A stretch of 64,000 bases of DNA from an uncultured virus (IMG/VR IMGVR_UViG_3300031760_000011) (IMGVR_UViG_3300031760_000011); one strand, 5' to 3'. Shown: positions 8,476 through 18,523, numbered from the stretch's first letter. The notes: generated from the sequence alone by a model not told the origin. A program made the numbers and translations.

Positions 8476-10830
8476 CTAGATATAATTGCGATAATACTCT
8501 TTGCGTCCTTGGATATCGTTTCCAAGAAGTTTATCGAGCCACTCTTTATATTGCTTCTGCTTTGACGGGTCGAGTGTTACCTGTGTAAGCATACGAGTTT
8601 CTGGATTCATCGTTGTCTCCCAAAGCTGGTTCGGATTCATTTCTCCCAAACCTTTGAAGCGTGTAATATTTGCTGCGCTCTTTATTGCAGTCTGGATTCC
8701 AGAGTCAATGATGTACATTCCCGGTCCAAGCCGTGCTCCTGTCTTCTTGTACACAAGCATGAGATTGCTCCACTTAATCAAGCGAAGTTTATCGCGAATC
8801 TTCAAGCACTGTGAAATGAAGAAGTCGTTGAGTTCAATGCGGTAGAAGACGTAATCGTATACACCTTCTATAACCTTGATTCCAGCGTCATTATCGTACA
8901 CATCCAAATCCCAACCATTCAATCTCACACGTTTATGAGTTACGATTGCGTCATAGTTGGTGATGATCGCTTCAAACAACACCGGATTCGTATTGACCTG
9001 CTTTGATACGGTATCAACAAGTGAAGCATAGCCGCGTAGATTGATGAGGAACTGTTTGTAGAACTTCTTATTGGTAATTACTCTAGTCTTCTTGCCCTTG
9101 AATACTACCAAGTCAAACTCCTTCATGATAGTTCTCTCTACAACCTCGTTATACTCATTGTCTGTTGAGATGTAAATTGCTTTGCTCTTACCACCAGACT
9201 TGAACCCGAATCTGAAGAGAGGCGGATTTGCGATGTACACGCGTCCATCCTCAATCAAATCTGGACGGAACGTGTAGAAGAATCCGAGAAGCAAACTTGA
9301 AATATGCCCACCGTCAGGGTCAGCATCTGCCATCACGATGTATTTACCGAACTTACTTCCCTTAGTTCCGATGATTTTCATCAAGTCGCCAATCGTGTTG
9401 ATTCCTTCACGCTTAGCTACCTGATTGAGATGAGTATTACCGTACACGTTCAATGGCTTACCCATCATCTTGTATAGTGCCTGAGTTTCAGGATTACGTC
9501 CAGTTTTTGCTGAACCACCAGCAGAATCTCCTTCAACGATGAAGAGTTCGGTTATATCATTGCTCTTCGAACGGCAAGGGTCATAGCGCACGATACCTAC
9601 AAGCTGAGCATTGCTCATCTCTTTGATACCTTTGGCTTGATTTCTTGCTCTCTGAGCTGCCAGCCTTGCCTTGCAATTTGTGATAACCATCTTACAGATT
9701 GCTTCAGACTCTTTCGGGTGTGCAATCATCCAGTTGTAGAACTTCTCAAACACAGATTTCGAAATGAAATCTTCAAGGTCATCGTTTTCGATTTTAGACT
9801 TCATTTGTGTAGAGTACAGGATGTTATTATGCTCGATAGTCACGATTGCTGCAAGCGATTCCTTAACGTCTCCGCTTTCAACAGCAAGTTTTTGATTTGA
9901 TGTGTTATCTTTCAGATACTTCAGCACAGACTTTGTCAAAGCTTGATGAAATCCGTCAACGTGCTTACCATTGTCTACAGTGCGAATACTGTTGCCGTAT
10001 GATTCCAAGAACTCTGAGTTCAAGTTGCTACAGAACGCAAAGTACACGTTGAAGCTCATATTGATTTCGACTTCCTTTGTTGGAATCGAAGAATCTGTGT
10101 AACTGTATTCATCACTAAAGTTAATGATTCCAGTATCAGTCTTAAGAGCACGTGATATAACGATGCGATTGAAGTATTCAATCATTCCATCAGGATGATG
10201 AAACTCCTCATCAGGATAACCAGTATGTCTGAAGTTGATGATAATACCACCATTTATGAACGAGAAGATTTCCGTGGCATCGTGATACATCTTGTATGGA
10301 ACGTTCGTGTTCCTCAAGACAGTCACGTCAGGTTTGTACTTTACGATTGTACCGTGTTTCGGTCCCTTGTAGTCCTCGATTGTGAGCGTTCTCTTTATGC
10401 CTTTGGAATACTCCGCATGACCATGCTTGCCTTTATTCCATGTATCAACCACAAAATCTTCAGACAGCGCATTTACTAATTTGATACCAACACCAAAGGT
10501 TCCGATACTGGATTTGTATGCTCCTGCAGAAGTTCGGTCGTACTTTCCAGACGTATGCATTTGTGAGATAATTTCTTCGAACTTACCAATCGGAATACCA
10601 CCTGCATTATCTTCGACAGTAATGTATCCTGTCTTGGTGTCGATAGTGATGTCTGCCTGAGTACAACGGCCAGCGTTGAACTCGTCGATCGCATTACCAA
10701 TCGTTTCTTTATACAAGTGAAACGTTCCCGGATGGTCAATCGTTCCAATGTACATCGTCGGTTTCTCACGAACTGCTTGCAATCCTTCAAGATGAGAAAT
10801 TGACGATTCGTCATATTTTCTGGTGCTCAT
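8476..10830 (-). CDS. gyrB: Type IIA topoisomerase subunit B (GyrB/ParE-like)
   Basis: LEGLQAVREKPTMYIG, NAIDE, VEGDSAGGS, MADADPDGGHI, RFKGLGEMNP. Confidence 0.96.
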   Translation of the reverse strand: MSTRKYDESSISHLEGLQAVREKPTMYIGTIDHPGTFHLYKETIGNAIDEFNAGRCTQADITIDTKTGYITVEDNAGGIPIGKFEEIISQMHTSGKYDRTSAGAYKSSIGTFGVGIKLVNALSEDFVVDTWNKGKHGHAEYSKGIKRTLTIEDYKGPKHGTIVKYKPDVTVLRNTNVPYKMYHDATEIFSFINGGIIINFRHTGYPDEEFHHPDGMIEYFNRIVISRALKTDTGIINFSDEYSYTDSSIPTKEVEINMSFNVYFAFCSNLNSEFLESYGNSIRTVDNGKHVDGFHQALTKSVLKYLKDNTSNQKLAVESGDVKESLAAIVTIEHNNILYSTQMKSKIENDDLEDFISKSVFEKFYNWMIAHPKESEAICKMVITNCKARLAAQRARNQAKGIKEMSNAQLVGIVRYDPCRSKSNDITELFIVEGDSAGGSAKTGRNPETQALYKMMGKPLNVYGNTHLNQVAKREGINTIGDLMKIIGTKGSKFGKYIVMADADPDGGHISSLLLGFFYTFRPDLIEDGRVYIANPPLFRFGFKSGGKSKAIYISTDNEYNEVVERTIMKEFDLVVFKGKKTRVITNKKFYKQFLINLRGYASLVDTVSKQVNTNPVLFEAIITNYDAIVTHKRVRLNGWDLDVYDNDAGIKVIEGVYDYVFYRIELNDFFISQCLKIRDKLRLIKWSNLMLVYKKTGARLGPGMYIIDSGIQTAIKSAANITRFKGLGEMNPNQLWETTMNPETRMLTQVTLDPSKQKQYKEWLDKLLGNDIQGRKEYYRNYI

Positions 10831-10861
10831 TGTGAGTCCTCCTATTCATAATCTCAAAGAG

Positions 10862-10871
10862 ATTATGTATA
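10862..10871 (-). promoter_or_regulatory. Putative early/middle promoter motif TATACATAAT
   Basis: Upstream of gyrB. Confidence 0.6.
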
Positions 10872-10902
10872 ATTGCCTAAATATTAAACAAAATACTCGG
10901 CT

Positions 10903-10914
10903 AACAACGGGATA
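10903..10914 (+). promoter_or_regulatory. AACA-N6-TA late-type promoter
   Basis: AACAACGGGATA. Confidence 0.7.
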
Positions 10915-10963
10915 ACGCTCCCTAGCATTGGGAGTAACTTCATGTTAATCAAGGAGATTAAAA

Positions 10964-11266
10964 ATGAAATCTACGGTCATAAAATCAATCATTGAAGACC
11001 ATGGTGGACAGAAGAACTTGTATGGTTTTCGTCTCATTACTGGAACCGACATCGTTCTCAGTGGTGAGATTACTCCCGATGGAAAGGCGGAGTACGACCT
11101 GTACTTCAATGACACCGACAACGTTATGTGCGTAAAGACGCAGACGTTCATCGCTTCCGGTCCAATGGTTTCTGTAAACCGTTTCGTTGACTGTGACAAA
11201 ATCAGCGAAGTTATCATGTATCCGAAAGAAGAAGTTGATTCCGCGTTCACAAAGTTTACAAATTAG
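10964..11266 (+). CDS. Hypothetical protein (100 aa)
   Basis: ORF with RBS AAGGAG. Confidence 0.8.
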   Translation: MKSTVIKSIIEDHGGQKNLYGFRLITGTDIVLSGEITPDGKAEYDLYFNDTDNVMCVKTQTFIASGPMVSVNRFVDCDKISEVIMYPKEEVDSAFTKFTN

Positions 11267-11274
11267 CATTCTGG

Positions 11275-11284
11275 TATACATCAT
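11275..11284 (+). promoter_or_regulatory. Putative early/middle promoter motif TATACATCAT
   Basis: Upstream of 11323, embedded in inverted repeat TTCTGGTAT/ATACCAGAA. Confidence 0.55.
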
Positions 11285-11322
11285 AATACCAGAAGCCATT
11301 TATATAGGAGGATAATTCTGAT

Positions 11323-12027
11323 ATGTCAGAATACAATTCAAATCCACGGAAAGTAGTCCGTGGTAAGAGCAGAAACCTGGTAGACCAGAAGTTTCGCACT
11401 TCAGCACCTAAGGCAATTAAGAAGAAATCAAAGATGGATAATATCCCAATGTATCTTCGCCCAGTTGTATACAAGTCAAAGGCTGGTAAATTACTATGTG
11501 CCGAGGTGTCAAATATCGTTTCGATAAATGACAAATCGACAGCTTCAGCATACTCAGCTCAGATAGTCACCAACTCAAAAGGTGCTCGTAAACGCGCAGT
11601 ATTTGTATTTCGTGATTCAAACGAAGGTAAGATGCATGAATCTATGCTGTTCTATGTAACACATGGAAGTTATGTAATTGCTGAGAATCACGTGAATTAC
11701 ATCAACGGACGTAAGCCTGGAATCTGTCGGGTGTTTGTATACCGTTTCCGCAAAGACGGAGAGAAAGGTAAGCGTCGGATGATTTACATTCCGATTGCTA
11801 AGTACAACGCAAATATCTGCGTAAATAACGATCTCGGCGAGTGGACAAAAGACCATGATATCTCTGATTGTGGAAAAGCCCCTAATCCAATCAAAGATGA
11901 AATCATGGAACTCTTCAAACGCAAGAAGATTGAGTTCCTTGAACCTGCTCTGAATGCAGCTTTCGAAAAAGCATCTTCAGACATGGGAAGTAAAATCTTC
12001 TGTAAAAAGTCTTCAATGACTACATAA
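11323..12027 (+). CDS. Basic hypothetical protein
   Basis: 234-aa ORF, RBS AGGAGG. Confidence 0.8.
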   Translation: MSEYNSNPRKVVRGKSRNLVDQKFRTSAPKAIKKKSKMDNIPMYLRPVVYKSKAGKLLCAEVSNIVSINDKSTASAYSAQIVTNSKGARKRAVFVFRDSNEGKMHESMLFYVTHGSYVIAENHVNYINGRKPGICRVFVYRFRKDGEKGKRRMIYIPIAKYNANICVNNDLGEWTKDHDISDCGKAPNPIKDEIMELFKRKKIEFLEPALNAAFEKASSDMGSKIFCKKSSMTT

Positions 12028-12031
12028 ACAG

Positions 12032-12057
12032 AATACTGGTGGTTCGCCACCAGTATT
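12032..12057 (+). terminator. Intrinsic terminator
   Basis: AATACTGGTGG-TTCG-CCACCAGTATT followed by T-run. Confidence 0.85.
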
Positions 12058-12074
12058 TTAATTTCCCGACAAGA

Positions 12075-12084
12075 GATACATTAT
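12075..12084 (+). promoter_or_regulatory. Putative early/middle promoter motif GATACATTAT
   Basis: Upstream of 12111. Confidence 0.5.
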
Positions 12085-12110
12085 AAATATGAGGTATTCA
12101 AAGTGAAATA

Positions 12111-13805
12111 ATGAATGATAACTACGAACCATTCAGGGAGATGTATTGGGAGGAATGTAAGTTGAGGTGCCCAAACAAACCGATTGCCGCATACTTCGAA
12201 CGATTTGATATGCTCCCGCAAAAAGCAATTCGCGAAATTTCTAACGATGATGACGAAGTGTATAGAAACGAATATTGGAAGGAATGTAAACGCATATTCC
12301 CAAGATATCCAGAGACTATATACTTCAAACGATTTGATAGGTTACCAATGGAGGCTATTATGGATGGCTATGATGACACAGATGCATATCCAAAAGAAGA
12401 TGAGGCGTTGATATCGTCTTATCAATCATTTGAAGAGGAAGCGTGTGAAGACGAACCGCTAGACGACGTTATGCGTAACGTTGCTGCGGGTAAAGCTTTC
12501 GTCGCAAATAACCTCTACATTAACAAGAACGGTCCACATACCGAAAGAACTGTGAACCGTGTTACGATAGACTGGAATAATGGATTCTCTCAGAATATGG
12601 TTCTCGGTGCAGTAGGAACAAACCGTGAGCTTCTTGGAGACAGAGAATTAGATTGGATGAGTCCGCCTGAAGCACATATGGGTGTGGATGAGAAAGGACG
12701 CGAAATCCAGCTGTTCGTTCCGAAGATTTATGCAAACAGTGTCGCAGATTTAGCATTCCCGTCAAACTTCCACGGCACATCATCATACTTCTTCACAAGC
12801 AGAAACCAGTTCACTGATGAGTTTGCAGATTCTGAGTTCTCAATGGCGAATGCCATGGCTTTCGATTCGAAGTTGAATCCGAGTGCAATCGGATATTCAA
12901 TTAACGTTGACAAGGTTCAATCGTTCGACAATATTGCTCAGTATTGTCAAGCTACAGGTTTGATGTTTGCAGATATCATGGCAATCTGTACGTCGCTCGT
13001 GTGGTTCTCTCATACTATAATCAATATCATGATGCCGAAGCAGATTGTATTGATTATGGATTCGTACAAAGGAGTAGACATCCCTGTAAGGGATTATATT
13101 CCAAACGTTGCAAAGCCGTTTGATAATATTCCAGACTACAAAAACCGTTTGGATTATCTCATCAAAACGATGAAAGATATCGCTACAAAGCGTTACATCA
13201 CAGATGGGTTTCCTATGCTCAACGGAGGATTCTACATCAAACTATCATTGACTCCAGCAATCATGGTTCTCAAGTTCGTTGCGCATGAGTTCCAGCAGTT
13301 CCAGTTGAATCTGGTAATGCCGTTGGTTGATAATGCATTACTGTATGATGCGGAAGATGTAAACAGCATCTATCCGAAACGCTTCATGTATGAAGAAAAT
13401 CCGTATTGGTATCGAGGACGTAATCATGACAATGCAGATGACGTTATTCACACTATGAGAAATAACGTTCACACACAAAAGCTCGGACTTCAGGGCGGAG
13501 AGCTTGAAGAGTTCGTGAAGACACATCATATCAATATCTACGGTGACGATACGTTCCCTGACACAGTAGATACGTCAGAATTGAATGTGGATTCTCCGAA
13601 AGATTTGAAATACTATGCTCAATCGAACGGTGATTATATTTTGACTCCGCCGAATATGATGTGGGGAATTGGTGGAGGTTTCAATGGATTCCAGCCGCAG
13701 CCTGAGCCTCAGATTCTGATGACTGGAACTCCTCCTGAGAGTCCTTCGCAAATCATTCAGCCGAGCAAATCACTTCCGAAAATCAATCCAATAATCAGCA
13801 AATAG
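12111..13805 (+). CDS. Hypothetical protein with duplicated N-terminal ~43-aa module
   Basis: 564-aa ORF. Confidence 0.85.
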   Translation: MNDNYEPFREMYWEECKLRCPNKPIAAYFERFDMLPQKAIREISNDDDEVYRNEYWKECKRIFPRYPETIYFKRFDRLPMEAIMDGYDDTDAYPKEDEALISSYQSFEEEACEDEPLDDVMRNVAAGKAFVANNLYINKNGPHTERTVNRVTIDWNNGFSQNMVLGAVGTNRELLGDRELDWMSPPEAHMGVDEKGREIQLFVPKIYANSVADLAFPSNFHGTSSYFFTSRNQFTDEFADSEFSMANAMAFDSKLNPSAIGYSINVDKVQSFDNIAQYCQATGLMFADIMAICTSLVWFSHTIINIMMPKQIVLIMDSYKGVDIPVRDYIPNVAKPFDNIPDYKNRLDYLIKTMKDIATKRYITDGFPMLNGGFYIKLSLTPAIMVLKFVAHEFQQFQLNLVMPLVDNALLYDAEDVNSIYPKRFMYEENPYWYRGRNHDNADDVIHTMRNNVHTQKLGLQGGELEEFVKTHHINIYGDDTFPDTVDTSELNVDSPKDLKYYAQSNGDYILTPPNMMWGIGGGFNGFQPQPEPQILMTGTPPESPSQIIQPSKSLPKINPIISK

Positions 13806-13818
13806 GAGGTTCTCAATA

Positions 13819-14883
13819 ATGAGCACTATCACAAGCATGAAGCATATTGATATACAGCGTCATGCAATTATTGAACTTCTTGATGCAATGGGAATAGACA
13901 TCGACCCGAAAGACGGGCATCTGTACTTCGCAGAAGACCCGTCGATTCCCATTGCACTCAACGAAAGATATCTGCGTGTGGAAATAGGCGTTCCGGATAA
14001 ACGTTATCCATGGGCTGTAATCCAGCCATTGAATCGTGAAGACCACGCACAATATCTGATGACATTAGCATTGTATGCTCAGGTCTTTGCAGATATGATG
14101 GATCCTGAAGAAGCCAAAGTAGCAGACTTTAATATCGACACCCAGAATGTCATCATGAAAGATGATGAAACTGGCGAAGATAAGCCTATGGCTCTGGTAA
14201 AAATTAAACGGGGTTCTGACAAAGAAGATGAAGATAGTGGAGTCGGTTGGCACGTTGACTCAAACGTCGCAATCATCTACGCAGTCTTGAACTTCATGGT
14301 GCGCACAGGTTACATCACAGAAGACCAAGAAGCAGACCTCAAGAAAGACATTGGAGATGCTTGGAAAGATTACAATGCTATCTCCGAAATGAAGAGTTCA
14401 GCAAAGCGTAAGATTCTCAGAGAGCGCAGAAGCCAAATTTACAACTTCGAGAACGAGGATGATTCTGAAGATAATTCTGAGCTTATCTATGATGCTCTTG
14501 GAGACGCTCGTGAACGTGTTGAGATTGAGAATGATGAACCTATACCTGATGAAGACTGGTATAAGGACATTCATATCAGTCCCGATGACTTCCCAGTATC
14601 AACTGGACCTCGTGGGCTGTGCGAAATGGTTGAGCAGGATTTCACGATGGATGAGTATGATAAACTCTTCACTCCAGAACTTGTGAAAGAGAATGAAGAA
14701 CCAGAATCTCCAAAGCAGGATGACAACTTCCAAATCTTCGAAGAAGAACCTATCATCCAACAACCGGTCGCATCACCTGTAATTGATACAGGATTTGATA
14801 TAATCGGCGAATTGGGTGGTTTCGTATCAACTGATACTACAAACCAGTCAAACACTCGTGGTGACTGGTTTGGATTTGATTAA
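13819..14883 (+). CDS. Acidic hypothetical protein
   Basis: 354-aa ORF, RBS AGGAGG. Confidence 0.85.
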   Translation: MSTITSMKHIDIQRHAIIELLDAMGIDIDPKDGHLYFAEDPSIPIALNERYLRVEIGVPDKRYPWAVIQPLNREDHAQYLMTLALYAQVFADMMDPEEAKVADFNIDTQNVIMKDDETGEDKPMALVKIKRGSDKEDEDSGVGWHVDSNVAIIYAVLNFMVRTGYITEDQEADLKKDIGDAWKDYNAISEMKSSAKRKILRERRSQIYNFENEDDSEDNSELIYDALGDARERVEIENDEPIPDEDWYKDIHISPDDFPVSTGPRGLCEMVEQDFTMDEYDKLFTPELVKENEEPESPKQDDNFQIFEEEPIIQQPVASPVIDTGFDIIGELGGFVSTDTTNQSNTRGDWFGFD

Positions 14884-14886
14884 AGC

Positions 14887-14898
14887 CTGAAATCTCAA
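14887..14898. promoter_or_regulatory. Operator-like palindrome (1 mismatch)
   Basis: CTGAAATCTCAA just upstream of late promoter. Confidence 0.5.
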
Positions 14899-14904
14899 CG
14901 GTAA

Positions 14905-14916
14905 AACATCTGGGTA
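14905..14916 (+). promoter_or_regulatory. AACA-N6-TA late-type promoter
   Basis: AACATCTGGGTA, overlapping the terminator stem. Confidence 0.7.
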
Positions 14917-14935
14917 GCTGGTTCTCCAGCTACCC
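14912..14935 (+). terminator. Intrinsic terminator
   Basis: GGGTAGCTGG/CCAGCTACCC then GTGTTTTATTTTTT. Confidence 0.8.
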
Positions 14936-14966
14936 GTGTTTTATTTTTTGTCGGGAGGTAATATAT

Positions 14967-16187
14967 ATGGGCAAGATTACAAAGTTAATTTCTAGCTCTA
15001 AAGTTGGTTCGCAGTTGAAAAAGAAAGCATCTGCTACAAAGTCTAAAGTTACAGGTTTCAACTCAAACAGAAAATCTCAAAATACAAAAGCTAGCTCAAT
15101 TATATCTTCAAAGAAGACTACTAAAGTTGAAGGTAATAAGAAAAGCCTTTCTGATATCGCCAATGCAACTAAGTCTTCGATAAAATCAAGAACTTCAAGT
15201 ATGCTCTCTGGAGCAGTTGATAAACTCATCAATGGACCGTTAGCTCAAAGCTTGTCTACGGCTCTTGATGAAGCTGCAATGATTGCTGCAGTTGATAAAC
15301 TCATCAACTCTGGTGGAGACCCATTATACAAGAATGGTTACTCAATCAAAGAGTTTATGAAACGCGATATGTCAATGATGATTCATTACATCATCGAAAA
15401 GAAACGCTACTCTGTTATGTCGGGTAAGACTGCTGGATATTTCAACGGTATCAGGTATGGAGCTACCAAGATTTCCATGAATATGGCTTGGCGTAAAGCT
15501 GAGATTAAAGGCGATTCTTGGTATCAGAAGAATCGTTACGCTGAGTGTAAAAAAATTCTTCTGAAGTGTAAAGTCGGTTTCGATGCACTTACAGTCAAAG
15601 CATTCATCGACACTGGTAAGTTCGCGTACCCGCACATTCCAAATGCCAGCAGTTTGACTGGTGGGAGTGCTGTAGGTAATTTTATTACCAATATGAACAA
15701 CTTCGATACATCAAAGTTCGTAGTTCAAGAGATTCCGACCTACAAGAAAGATTTAACAAAGACCCCAGACAGACCTCAGAAAATCTACACAAAGAAAATG
15801 CTTCCATCAGCATTTGGAGATACTGGTTGTGATGAATGTGGAACTAAGTACAAACTTACTGCCGCCGAAATTAATCAAATATTTCCAGAATCAAAAGTTG
15901 GATGTACTATGGTTACGCATCCGAAAACTTGGGAACACGTTGTGCTCTTCAAGATGCTTATGAGCAAAGCATTGTATGGTGAAGATAGATTGCAATCTGA
16001 GCTTCTCTATAAACGCTTATACATGAACGTTGTTGAAGGAGACCCGGTTACCGAGAATATCTGGGGAACGGTATCGGACTTCGCAAAAGAAATCGGTTTG
16101 GATAAAGTATTCTCAAACGAGAATACTTCTGTACTTTACGATTACGTCAAATACCTTGTCGATTCGGGTTATCTTAAAAAAGTATAA
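14967..16187 (+). CDS. Hypothetical (probably virion) protein with K/S-rich N-terminus
   Basis: 406-aa ORF, RBS GGAGG, late-type promoter. Confidence 0.8.
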   Translation: MGKITKLISSSKVGSQLKKKASATKSKVTGFNSNRKSQNTKASSIISSKKTTKVEGNKKSLSDIANATKSSIKSRTSSMLSGAVDKLINGPLAQSLSTALDEAAMIAAVDKLINSGGDPLYKNGYSIKEFMKRDMSMMIHYIIEKKRYSVMSGKTAGYFNGIRYGATKISMNMAWRKAEIKGDSWYQKNRYAECKKILLKCKVGFDALTVKAFIDTGKFAYPHIPNASSLTGGSAVGNFITNMNNFDTSKFVVQEIPTYKKDLTKTPDRPQKIYTKKMLPSAFGDTGCDECGTKYKLTAAEINQIFPESKVGCTMVTHPKTWEHVVLFKMLMSKALYGEDRLQSELLYKRLYMNVVEGDPVTENIWGTVSDFAKEIGLDKVFSNENTSVLYDYVKYLVDSGYLKKV

Positions 16188-16198
16188 AAATAATAAAA

Positions 16199-16219
16199 CT
16201 CCCGGGCAAAGCCCGGGAG
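16199..16219. terminator. Terminator between convergent genes
   Basis: CTCCCGGGC/GCCCGGGAG. Confidence 0.8.
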
Positions 16220-16237
16220 CATACATTTTTGCAATGA

Positions 16238-16900
16238 TTAGTGTCGCTTGTCACGACCTTTACCATTGCGAGAAATCGGGGCTGCGTAAGCCGCAGGAGT
16301 TTCCGGCTGCGTCGAGTCGGCACCTTCAATACGCCCAAGCTGGTCAGCAAACGGATTGTCTACATCAACTGGCTCGTTAGCGTCGAGATTCACAACTGGT
16401 TCACCTGCGCTATTTACAGGACCTTCCGCACCTTCAGCAGGAGCGGCTTCATTCGGGTTAGCTGTAATCTCTGAAGAAATCTCAGGAGCTTCAACGCCAG
16501 CTGCTGCAAGAGCGTCTTTGACAACGCTTACGCCAGGATTTGTTGGAACGATTTCCGGCTGCTTAGTTGTCTGAGTTGCAAGATTGACCGCTTGCTCAAC
16601 AATGCTGTTCGGGTCTTTCTCAAGATTAAGAAACCCAGAGCCGCTGCCTTTGAGAACTTTATCAGCGTTGATGTAGTCTTTCTTTTCGACGTAATCGCGG
16701 TACAAGTCCATCTGCTTACAAAACTCTGGACAAGCGTCGCGGTTAAGGAAGATAACACGGTAACCTGCGCGAATAAGTTCTTTAATTTTCTCTTTGTCAA
16801 TCCAGTTACCACGAACTGGTCCGTGCACGTTGAGAATCGGAATATATCCGTTGTAGTCTACACGAACGTAGACCTGTTTTGCTGCATTTGCTTCAGCCAT
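16238..16900 (-). CDS. Hypothetical protein with A/P/E-rich C-terminus
   Basis: 220-aa ORF, RBS AAGGAG. Confidence 0.8.
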   Translation of the reverse strand: MAEANAAKQVYVRVDYNGYIPILNVHGPVRGNWIDKEKIKELIRAGYRVIFLNRDACPEFCKQMDLYRDYVEKKDYINADKVLKGSGSGFLNLEKDPNSIVEQAVNLATQTTKQPEIVPTNPGVSVVKDALAAAGVEAPEISSEITANPNEAAPAEGAEGPVNSAGEPVVNLDANEPVDVDNPFADQLGRIEGADSTQPETPAAYAAPISRNGKGRDKRH

Positions 16901-17049
16901 TATTTTGCTCCTTCGCTGAATACACGATTCAGCGTACTTGATATTTTAACAGAACGCTCTGCCGACTTCATCATGAAATCATGCTCCTCGTCTGCTTTAT
17001 CCTTTTCATTCAACTCGTCGATACGAGTTTTGATATCCGCTATGCTCAT
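16900..17049 (-). CDS. Small hypothetical protein (49 aa, MSIADIKTRIDELNEK...)
   Basis: Below ORF-track cutoff; RBS AGGAGG; TAATG overlap with next gene. Confidence 0.7.
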   Translation of the reverse strand: MSIADIKTRIDELNEKDKADEEHDFMMKSAERSVKISSTLNRVFSEGAK

Positions 17050-17057
17050 ATAACCTC

Positions 17058-18470
17058 CTAGTAATTTTTCTTGAGAATATAATCTTGTGTTACACTTAAC
17101 GCATATAGCAAGATAGGACCAATTCCGAAGAACTCATTGTCTGGAATTATATCAACGTCTTCAATGAAAGCTTCAGCATCACTTATTGAAACTTGGTACT
17201 TCTTGTTATTGATGAACTCAATCAACCAGTTGTACTTCAGATTCTCAAGCTTGTCGTGCTGCTTGTCATATTTAGTATTGAGACAAACCTTTTCAACAAA
17301 GTTCTCGGGATAAATATCCACGTATTTCTCAGAACGGTTCTCAGTATAGTCGATGTAATACATTCCGCGATAAATAAGGTTTCTTATTGAGTTGTATGTC
17401 TCGAAGTACAATACAGTCGGATACCGATTCTTAATCAGCGAAGGTTTACGCCGAATGACCGCGTTGTATATTGTATTGTGGAACGCATTATCGAAATTGT
17501 CATTGGTAGTCGGAGGCGTTACAGGATAAACCGTTAATCCTCTGTATACTAACGAATTTCTTAGCAAATTATTTTGGAGGAACTTGACGATATAAGGGTC
17601 GAAAACTTCTTTGTACTTCTCAGGAGGTTTATAACCTCCATAGATTACAGTGAGAGACAAATCTGATTCTTCTTTAATCTTCAGACGAATGATGTCTTTG
17701 GATTTATCATAGAACCTACGAAGATACTCTTCACTTACCAACTCGAAGCATTCTTTGAGTTTCACATAGGTATCATATACCTTCCTCTGCAATAGCACGG
17801 TGTTACCAGTACCAACTGCTTCAAAGTTGAAAACATAGTATTCCTGAACTCGATTTGTGAGATTCTCAGGAGACCCTTGGTCATAGTGCTTGATGAACTC
17901 AATCTTGAATCCAGTTTCTTCAAGAGAAGTAATTGGCTCAACAGAAGTTACTTTATAGCAAACCCGTTTGCCTATTTTCTCAGTCACATAGAAGAGGTCA
18001 CCAGGATATGGTCTGAATCCTGGAAAGAGCAAGCCAGTTGAAGTTATTTCATTCTTTGGCATACCCTCATCTACTGTATAACTTGAAGAAAGCTCAGAGT
18101 CAATATTGATAATGAGATTGTCGATGCGGTTGAACTTTGTATCATTTACACCGTCGATAGACGAAACGTTTACAGCATCTGTATCAACTTTCGGACTAAC
18201 CTGATTGAAATAAATAACCTCGGTTTTCGTACCGCTCAGATGCTTGATTGCTGGGGAACCTTGAATCTTGAATTGTGCGTTTTTAAGGTCTTGCAAAAGA
18301 CCAAGCTCTTTATCTATTGAAGAATCGGTATGCGGAATATCCGGTTTAGTTCCGGCTTCAATAACTTCGGTATTATTTCCAGATGCCGTTGATTCTGACG
18401 GCATTTTCGGAACCGAAATTGGGCGCTCCGAATCGGCAACAGGCAAAGAACCAATTTTCTTTATTGCCAT
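17058..18470 (-). CDS. Putative virion structural protein (neck/head-tail joining type)
   Basis: 470-aa ORF, VIYFNQ...RPYPGDLFYV...YKVTSV beta-rich pattern, late-type promoter. Confidence 0.5.
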   Translation of the reverse strand: MAIKKIGSLPVADSERPISVPKMPSESTASGNNTEVIEAGTKPDIPHTDSSIDKELGLLQDLKNAQFKIQGSPAIKHLSGTKTEVIYFNQVSPKVDTDAVNVSSIDGVNDTKFNRIDNLIINIDSELSSSYTVDEGMPKNEITSTGLLFPGFRPYPGDLFYVTEKIGKRVCYKVTSVEPITSLEETGFKIEFIKHYDQGSPENLTNRVQEYYVFNFEAVGTGNTVLLQRKVYDTYVKLKECFELVSEEYLRRFYDKSKDIIRLKIKEESDLSLTVIYGGYKPPEKYKEVFDPYIVKFLQNNLLRNSLVYRGLTVYPVTPPTTNDNFDNAFHNTIYNAVIRRKPSLIKNRYPTVLYFETYNSIRNLIYRGMYYIDYTENRSEKYVDIYPENFVEKVCLNTKYDKQHDKLENLKYNWLIEFINNKKYQVSISDAEAFIEDVDIIPDNEFFGIGPILLYALSVTQDYILKKNY

Positions 18471-18494
18471 ATACTACCGCCTTAATATTTCAGC

Positions 18495-18506
18495 TATTAC
18501 AGTGTT
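18495..18506 (-). promoter_or_regulatory. AACA-N6-TA late-type promoter
   Basis: AACACTGTAATA. Confidence 0.7.
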
Positions 18507-18511
18507 TTCAT

Positions 18512-18523
18512 AACAAAAACTTA
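18512..18523 (+). promoter_or_regulatory. AACA-N6-TA late-type promoter facing a non-coding region
   Basis: AACAAAAACTTA, divergent from the 18495 promoter. Confidence 0.55.

Noticed and set aside
8476..10830. Intein or intron in gyrB (also checked terL and polB)
   Set aside because: No intein splice motifs, homing endonuclease motifs or frame breaks; the GyrB insertion sits where the known TOPRIM insertion occurs.
12111..13805. Chimallin (nuclear shell protein)
   Set aside because: Size and early motif fit, but I see no recognisable sequence similarity; needs a structure search.
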